From NCBI RefSeq assembly GCF_902652985.1, contig NC_047023.1:25606001-25670000 (forward strand): 64,000 bases of DNA, read 5' to 3'. Both the position numbers and the translations under genes were made by a program. Positions within the stretch are counted from its first letter, which is position 1. Every line of letters begins with the position of its first letter. Source of the stretch: Pecten maximus (taxonomy: Eukaryota). The notes under the pieces are model-generated. The model made no database searches, was not told the origin of the DNA, and was given only the letters and a program-made list of their open reading frames with translations. Shown here one piece after another: positions 63,349 to 64,000 of the stretch.

Positions 63349-64000
63349 TTTTGATCAATACTGTTGGTATTTTCCTGTGTCCAGAAACCTGCCCTTGTAG
63401 AGTAGTAGTAGAAGGACCTGACGCTACTTATACAGCCACAAGCGGGTATTCCGTAAACGCTTCGGTGCACACAAGGAAAGATATGTAAATATGCCGGGTA
63501 AAACCACACCACTTCTTTTCATATCGACTTAACTTCTAAAACCTAGTAATAGAGAACCATTTCACATACCGATACACACTCACAAAGTGATGTATTCCTC
63601 CATAACAAAATGTGTATTGCATACCAAATAACACAGTCTAGGCGTAGTATCATTATATAATATTAAATGTATGACATTCAGCCAAGTTAAAAGATATCAA
63701 AGACGGGGACACTGAGATGCGGTTACAAAACAAATCGTATCATATATGATGTTAGGAAGATTCAGTTACTGGACGGGATTCAACTCACGGAGTATGAAGG
63801 AAAACCTGTTACACTGTCTGATGAAACATGCTATTATTTAAAAAGTGTTGTCAACTTAGGGTCTGGATGTACCTACATGTATACTCAGAATGACATTATA
63901 AGTAACGGAATAAAACGCTTTTGATGTTGTAGCATTTACATTTTGTTGTTGAAATTTAAGCAATAATGAATAATGAAGTTTAAATTAATTGCTGACGTTG

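Overview
AT-rich, intron-rich animal genomic DNA; the repeat complement (V-domain tRNA-SINEs, Helentron-type HINE, Neptune-like Penelope element, RTE-X-like LINE) suggests a bivalve mollusc (inference). Contents: (1) two tandem + strand alkaline phosphatase paralogues with matching exon sizes and phases (ALP-1 1761-16232, first exon outside the window; ALP-2 19398-37276, complete, 530 aa). (2) A - strand Cys-rich ORF with an in-frame 27-bp VNTR (39583-40392). (3) A near-intact Penelope-like retroelement (45601-50115, -) with ~375-bp direct repeats, each carrying a minimal hammerhead ribozyme of the U3-A8 variant. (4) A divergent 6-exon SLC16/MCT-like MFS transporter (54387-59102, -) with one 1-bp frameshift. 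(5) Many minisatellites, SINEs and MITEs. Most striking pattern: several minisatellites are built from the host gene's own exon end plus splice donor, producing arrays of tens of decoy 5' splice sites. This happened independently at the same intron in both ALP paralogues. Most long ORFs in the supplied track are repeat artefacts.
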